Assembly (NCBI GenBank): GCA_951406725.2
Contig: OX597831.1
Location: 18,972,001 to 19,036,000 of the forward strand
Direction of reading: 5' to 3'
Source: Octopus vulgaris
Lineage: Eukaryota
DNA length: 64,000 bases
Both the position numbers and the translations under genes were made by a program. The notes under the pieces were generated by a model. The model was not told the DNA's origin. It saw nothing but the letters and a program-made list of their open reading frames with translations, and did no database searches. Shown piece after piece: positions 57,375 through 64,000 of the stretch (position 1 is its first letter; every line of letters begins with the position of its first letter).

Positions 57375-58730
57375 CGTGTGATAATTTGTAGCGCAAAGAG
57401 CAATTGTTTCGGTGTTAAAAACAAAATGTGTTTATATTAAGTTGTTCATGGAGATTTGCTACATTCATCAAAGGACATATTCAGGTTCATTGTCGTGATT
57501 CCATATGAATATATGTATAAATGGAAATATTTCTTAATATGCAATTGTATAAATATTAAAGAAATACGAATACCGAACGTAAGATCATATACACTTGTAA
57601 ATATAATTATATTTACCTGCAGTAGGTGTCAATATCGCCTAGAAGATGTTTATAGTAGCCAGGACATTTTTCTTGGGCAAGTTGACGGCAGTCAGGCTTG
57701 GATGACATTACGCCTAAAATATGTGAGGTTTCTATTGAAAATATTTAAATGCCTAGATTAAGCTGACCCGCTCTACGCGCGGGTAAGAGTGTGGTTGTTA
57801 CTTTCTTTTGCTTCCTTTCTGTTTTTTATCACCACATTCTCCCTCTTTGTTTCTCTCTCCTTTCTCTCTCACTTTCCCACTCTCTTACTCTTCATTTCTC
57901 TCGGACTCTCCCTCGCTTTCTCTTACTCTCTATCTTTATCTATCTCAGATTTATAAACAACAAAAGATCTTGAGTAAGTTGAGAAAGAAAATATATTGCA
58001 AGATCAATCATAAATATCAGGCAGTATCAACGGAAAGGTCTGCTTCAAAGTAGACAGCAAAACACTAACATTTAAAAGAGACAGACGCACTTGCCAGCTG
58101 AATAAAAAATTTTTAAAACTGGAAACCAGTTTGATGGGATAGAATCTGAGGATAGTAGAGTCACCATGGCTGGAATTTCATAACGAGGGACAGCAACGTA
58201 GTGGTGGTCTAACGACTGGCGTAAAAGTTTGAACTTGATGTAAAAGAAAATTCCTAAACACCAAGTTTTGAAGTGATTCTTTCTCACGACAGTAGACTCA
58301 CCATGGCAAGCATTCAAAACTTCTTTATCATGGACGGCAACACATTGACGATTTAAAGGCAGGCGCAATTTTTTCAGCTTGATGTAACAAAGAATTCCTA
58401 AACACCGGCTCCTGTGAATTTTAATCCCCTTCCAGTCCCATTTAGACCTCTTTTCACATTTTAGTTAATATAACCCGATTCCATTCGGGACTACTCGGGC
58501 CACATTTTATAAGATGAAGAATTTTGTCCTAGAGGTCACGCCTTGCATTTGAGGGGAAAATAGTTGCCATGCAAACTGGCCAGCACTTTTAACACAGGTG
58601 TGCATATTTTCAGTTCAACCGACTACATAATGCACACATCATACATATATATATGTATATATATATATATATGTATATATATAGGCATTATATATATGTG
58701 TGTGTACACATTATATATACAAATGTATAC

Positions 58731-58770
<40 letters not shown>

Positions 58771-61027
58771 CAGATATATACACTTTGTATATATACATTA
58801 TATATAAATATTTTATATATAGAACACACACATATATATAAATTAACCCAATAAATATCTGATTCATAATATTTGTTCTCATGATTGTGTTGTGGTGGTG
58901 GTGATTATAATTCTCTCTATGAATGCAGGCAGGCGTAGAGAGAGAGAAGATGTGCAAGAAAGAGTGAAGGTGGCAGAAGAAAGAGAGAAAGAGAGAGAGA
59001 GGAAGACAGGCAGATAAGAAAATGAGAGAAGTCTTGTTAAAGTGTGCGTTTTTTGCCCTAGCAACGACACCTTTTACGATAGGGATTTCTAACCTAGCCC
59101 ACTCACATCCGCAACTCATTTTACATGTCCCTGTAAATCCTGGAGTCAATCCGACGGGATCTAGTGCCCTTTAACCCGTTCCAAGTCCAAAACCAGACAA
59201 ACAAACAAACTTTCTCATTGCATATTTATAGATATTGATTATTCCGAAAATATTATTATTATTTTTGTTAAATTACAATTCATTTTAGTTTGTAAGGAAT
59301 TCATATGATACAGATTATACATACCGTTGTTTGATGTGCGGTTTGATGCATTTTTGGGTGCGGTAAAGTCGTTTCAGTCGCCTTCTGGCCGAGTATTTGT
59401 CACAATTGTATAATGCGTTTATCAGCTGACATAATAGCACCACTTAACAGTAAAAGCGTCATAAATCGAATGACTTCGTTCAACACGTTTCTGATAGATA
59501 CCGTTGTCCGGCAATGATCTCCATTTGTTTACCAGGATTATCAGCGATAATGTTTAATGTGGCAGCCCCAGCTCTGCCACTATAAGTTGACAACAAACCA
59601 TGACAAGATAGGGGAAATCATGGAAGGGATAACTTTTTTTACAATAGGAAGGAAATATGCGACAATAATTGTAACTTTTGTATCAGAAGAGGAGGTGAAA
59701 AAACCGACAACATGCTGATAAAGGTAGGGAAATGGACATTGATGCCCAACTGTCTAGGCAAAAAATCGTTAGGACTAGGGTGGGAAGAATCCCACCGTCG
59801 ATAGACCCAGAACGGATAATAGCCGCAATTCAGAGCTGAGGAAAGTAAGTGAAGACCTGAAGATTAGCAAAATAAGCCGAACACAACAAATGGAATGTTG
59901 GGTCTAGAGATAATCTGTGCAATGAGCCCGAAATATTATGACGAAATGGCGGAAACTTTGAAACTACCAAGCTGGAGATCCCCAAAGTGTTACGAATATG
60001 GTGAAAGAGGGCACTTAAGAAGGAAATGCCCTAGAGCAGAAGTAGAAGTGGTAGAGAAGAGTTTTCAGGAACATATAGTGGTAGAAAAAGATCAGAAACA
60101 GAAAACAGAACATGACAGGAATTTTGTGGAGGCGAAACCCAGGAAAAGAGAGAAAAGGAAGTCACTGACGACATTGAAACTGAACACATGTAAAGAAATG
60201 GAAGAAAAAAGCCAACTCAGAACGAGAAACAGAGAATATTTACCGGTAGAATTCCCAGCAAAGGACTTACAAATACAGAGTCATTCAGACCAGAAACAAG
60301 ACAACCCAGAATTACGGAAAGCTAAAAACATAGACACACAGATAAAACACGTAGAATTACAGTCAAACGAACACACAGACATACAGACGCAATTACAAGA
60401 AATCATTAAACAACAGAAATATAGAGAGACAAAAAGAGACAGCATGAAAAACACAAACAAAAAGAAAAGATAGAGTGAGATAGGACACCCCAACTGAAAC
60501 GATTGCAAAATTGAAAGACATTGAAAGGGACAGAAGTGGTAAGTCGTTATCATTTGGTAAAGACTGTAATTGAGGAAAATATTTAATTGAACTTTTTATG
60601 TAAAAAAAAGGGAGAAATCAATAAATTTTGCAACTTTTGAATGAACGGATATTCAAACGTTTTTTTTTTTTTATTTTTAAATACTGTGATAAATATTTAG
60701 TTGACTTTTAGTTTAAAATCAGGGAAAGAAAATATGTAGGTCCTGTATGAACATTTGTTTAAAATGTGAAACAATTAAGGCTTTTATATTTTTTCCTAAA
60801 ACCGAAAATAAATAACTCCTTAAATATTGTATTTTTAACAAATAAGTAATAATAGAACACAATTAATGGGTCTTATAACTATTCTTTTCTCAAATTCCAA
60901 CCACAACAGCATTATTTTAAGTTCTATACCTTCTTCTCTTGTGCTGTCGCCAGCTTAGTAATTCCTTCCTTAGCGCAGGTTGAATACTTAAGAATATTCT
61001 AGCATTATGTGCCCGGAGGTTTCTAGT

Positions 61028-61108
<81 letters not shown>

Positions 61109-61243
61109 AATGAGGGTGAAAAATCGATATTAATTTAATAATACCATCAATTTAACACCAAGTGGCTTAGCACAAAAAACTACGGAGAAAATACAAATTC
61201 ATACATAAATTATTATACATTATATTTATATTTATACATAATA

Positions 61244-61292
<49 letters not shown>

Positions 61293-61970
61293 TCAATGTA
61301 TGTATCAATATAGCTTTGTAAGTATAGTTCTAGGTATGCATTAATGTATGTTTGTATGTATTTATGTATGTTTGTATTTATGTATGTTTGTATTAATGTG
61401 TGCACGCATGAAAAGGAAGAAAGACAAATGGTTGAGACAAAATAGATATAATACTACATCCCGTGTGTCATATCTATATTCTGCGCACCAACAAACAACC
61501 ATCACCAAGCGCTAGTAAGCAAAAACCGCTTATTGTAATCACTCATCTTAATCTGTTTTTCTGTGTATTTGTAAAATTAATACAAACGAAAACCAATTTT
61601 AGCAGAAATAATCATTGGTTAAGAGGTTAGAAATGATGAAATTTTGGTTTGATTATCTTCAAACATACATAAATCCATAATACTTTTGCGCCAGTGCGTT
61701 TTCCTGTGTGTGTGTAGGGATGGAAATGAGGATTTCATTTATTTCGGAGTTGATTTCTTGTGTTTATCAGAATAATTCATTTCAATTAAAAATCATGGGT
61801 AAGCAACGCATTGTAAACCACACTATAGTTTCCGAAAGAATTTATCTTCACACTGAGTTTACAACGCCCCTGTGGAGCCCTTTTTTTCGTTTTCTTTTTT
61901 CCAATAAAAAATAATTTCCATATAGCTACTTACGGAAAATGAGGAAGACAAATATGATAAAATAATTCAT
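55950..61970 (-). CDS. Copy E: divergent small secreted, probably GPI-anchored six-Cys protein (107 aa)
   Basis: Exons 61934-61970, 57617-57713, 56479-56566 and 55950-56051, GT-AG with phases 1-2-0. [107 protein letters not shown]. Confidence 0.88.
57075..57275. mobile_element. Small palindromic MITE-like element in intron 2 of copy E
   Basis: tcacaaggaaacatatatttgaat...tatttcggggttatgaccc pairs with gggatcataacctcgaaata...attcaaatatttgttttcttgtga. Confidence 0.65.
57753..59238 (-). mobile_element. Non-autonomous Helitron-like insertion in intron 1 of copy E
   Basis: CTAG plus hairpin acccgc...gcgggt at the left end; (caaa)n and a TC terminus at the right end. It interrupts sequence that is contiguous in copies B-D just before ttccgaaa. 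Confidence 0.6.
59561..60560 (+). mobile_element. Retroelement gag/ORF1-like remnant with a degenerate CCHC knuckle
   Basis: [17 protein letters not shown] in ORF 59895-60473. Truncates the Tc1 remnant at ~59560. Confidence 0.55.
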
Positions 61971-62204
61971 TTTCAGGTTTCGTGAGTAACTCCTCGTAGT
62001 CTGGCGATTTTGATTAAATATGATGTGACATGTGCTTCAACAGGCAGAGAAAGCATATAAATTTGATTAATGACATGCAGTGCCATTATACCTTTTCATA
62101 TATTCTTGTACATTCACGAAGACGACAGGTGTATAAAAGATAATTTTGCAGAAAACTGTATTTGTCTGGACCTATACTAAGTGATCGAAGAACAATATTC
62201 CTTT

Positions 62205-62360
62205 CTGCTCTAGGCACAAAGCCCGAAGTTTCTGTGGAAAGTGCCAGTTGTTTAGACGCCCCCAGCATGCCACTGGTACTTAATCATAAAAGGTAAAGTC
62301 GACCTCCGTGGAATTTGAACTCAGAACGTAAAGACAGACGTAATAATGCTAAGCATCCGT
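62205..62360 (-). mobile_element. SINE fragment (family 3; related fragments at ~26680-26775, ~39590-39685, ~52100-52195)
   Basis: ctaggcacaa.gcccgaa...aaagtcgacctc.g.ggaatttgaactcagaacgtaaag includes a B-box-like GAGTTCAAATTCC on the minus strand. Confidence 0.6.
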
Positions 62361-62388
62361 CTACCAAATCTAATCACAAGGCTTTGCT

Positions 62389-62424
<36 letters not shown>

Positions 62425-62430
<6 letters not shown>

Positions 62431-64000
62431 AAAGCCGAAGGCAGGTGGTGTAGACAACAAACTGTTGTACCTGTTCAATCTCGGGAAGTGAAAAAGGTTT
62501 TTAATGTTTCGAGCTTAAACTCTTCCACAGAAAGGAACAGAGAAAGAAATAAGGAGAGAAATAAAGAAGATGTAGTGTCTAGCGATCTATCAGTGCGAAT
62601 ACCGGACAGAAGGGTCACACAGGAGAGCTAGGAAGAAGGGGAGATAATAAAGTAGCGGTGATCCCAAAACGAAGGTGGGCATGCTTGTGTATAAGAGGGC
62701 ATGTATGTGTGTGTGGAAGAGGGCTGGTGACCATGACCTGTGTGCGTGTATGTGTAGGTGTGTGGACGATGGTGTGGGGCTGAGAAGTTGTCACTGCTAG
62801 TGTGTGCAAGGTGGTGCAATGTTATGTGGTGTTGTGTGTTATGGTGGTGTATGATGTGTTGTGTGTGGTGTGATGTGGCGGTGTTGGGATATGGGAGAGG
62901 CGAGAGTGGGGAAAGCAAGTGTGGGGTGTGGGTTAGACTGAGCGTGGTGTAGAGGTGGGTTGGAATGGAATGGACAGGGAAGGTGGGGTTGGATTGTGCA
63001 GAAGTGGGGTTACGCGGGAGGGGTGACGATGAAGGTACAGGGGGAAGGGAGAAGGTGGGTAGCAGTCAAGAGAAAACAGTGGAAGAGTAGGAGTGAAGAA
63101 AAAATCGGAGTCGGAGCAGAAGAGAAGAGGTGGGTCGGAGGAAGTATGTGTGAGAGGAAAAGGTGAGAGGGGAGGATACTTGAGCCAATGTGACGCAAAG
63201 GAGCGATGAGAGAAGATTAATACCTGTTCACGGTAAAGACGGAATACATCATGGCTCCTGAGCAAGGACAATCTGAACACAGACAGATGTTGCAAAGAGT
63301 GATCGATGAAGCGGAAATTGCCGAGTCGGATGTCTTGGAGGTCAGCCAAGTAGCGTCCCGTTTGCTCGATGTATAGAGAAGAGCAGTGATAGCAGGAGAT
63401 GCAGTAAATGAGAATTATAGAAGTACAGGTGAAAGAGTCGGTGATATGATAGTTTCGATGATGGTTGCTGGTGATGAGGGTGGCGTTGGATCAGCAGCGT
63501 GGGCGGGAGCAGAAGAAACGAATCTCGTTGGGAGATTGATTTAGGGAAGAAGCTGTGGACCAAGAGGTATCGTAGGTTGTGGGATCGTTTGAAAGAAATG
63601 GGGTCGGTCAAGGAAGATGTGCGAAGTCGAGGGCTCGGATTGGAGTCGCCAAAAGACCCGTCGAATGGTGCGTTGGAGAAATAGGGAGATGAGGTGGTAG
63701 GTGAGGGAAAAGCGGAGACCGGAGACGGCGGTGCGGGGAGAGAGAAGGTTCACGGTTCACGGAACGTGCTCTGGCAAGGCCGATGTGGATAGTGACGAGG
63801 GGTTATCCACGTAGGATGAAGTGGAGAGCCATGAGCTGAGACTGAGTCTGAAAGTTATGTTCGTCACGGCAAAGGCTGCGTAGACGGAAGAATTGGGAAA
63901 AGGGTTTACAAAGCTTAGTTTGTTTAGAGTGGGAGGAGAAGTTGAACTATGAGTGTGAGACTGAGTGTTTGTAGTGGATGGAGGTGGTGAGAGTAGAGTG
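62425..64000 (-). mobile_element. Penelope-like element (RT C-terminus plus GIY-YIG endonuclease), degenerate, runs off the window
   Basis: PFSQFFRLRSLC, ISFKRSHNLRYLLVHS, CIS C..C..LYIEQTGRYLAD, DIRLGN and REQVLIF, with frameshifts. Confidence 0.8.

Overview
AT-rich, microsatellite-dense eukaryotic DNA. The SINE, LINE and Helitron content points to an octopod cephalopod (Octopus-like; inference). Most ORF-track entries are microsatellite noise or transposon fragments. The main signal is missed by the ORF track: a head-to-tail tandem array on the minus strand of a small 4-exon gene (coding exons 37 / 91-97 / 88 / 102 nt, intron phases 1-2-0, all GT-AG). It encodes ~105-107 aa proteins with an N-terminal signal-like peptide, a six-cysteine core (C-x7-C-x12/14-C-x8-C-x7-C-x11-C) and a GPI-signal-like C-terminal tail. 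Six copies are visible: C, D and E are intact, B has a stop at Cys6, A is broken, and Z is an orphan first exon. Inter-cysteine codons are far more variable than the flanking introns, and copy C carries two tandem, phase-incompatible versions of exon 2. The ~12.5-12.9 kb repeat units are mosaics with respect to LINE insertions. Other content: a degraded near-full-length R4/Dong-like retrotransposon between (TAA)n tracts, CR1/L2-like RT fragments, a Penelope-like element, mariner/Tc1 remnants, non-autonomous Helitrons, tRNA-derived SINEs and palindromic MITEs. All translations and counts were done by hand; no database searches were run.
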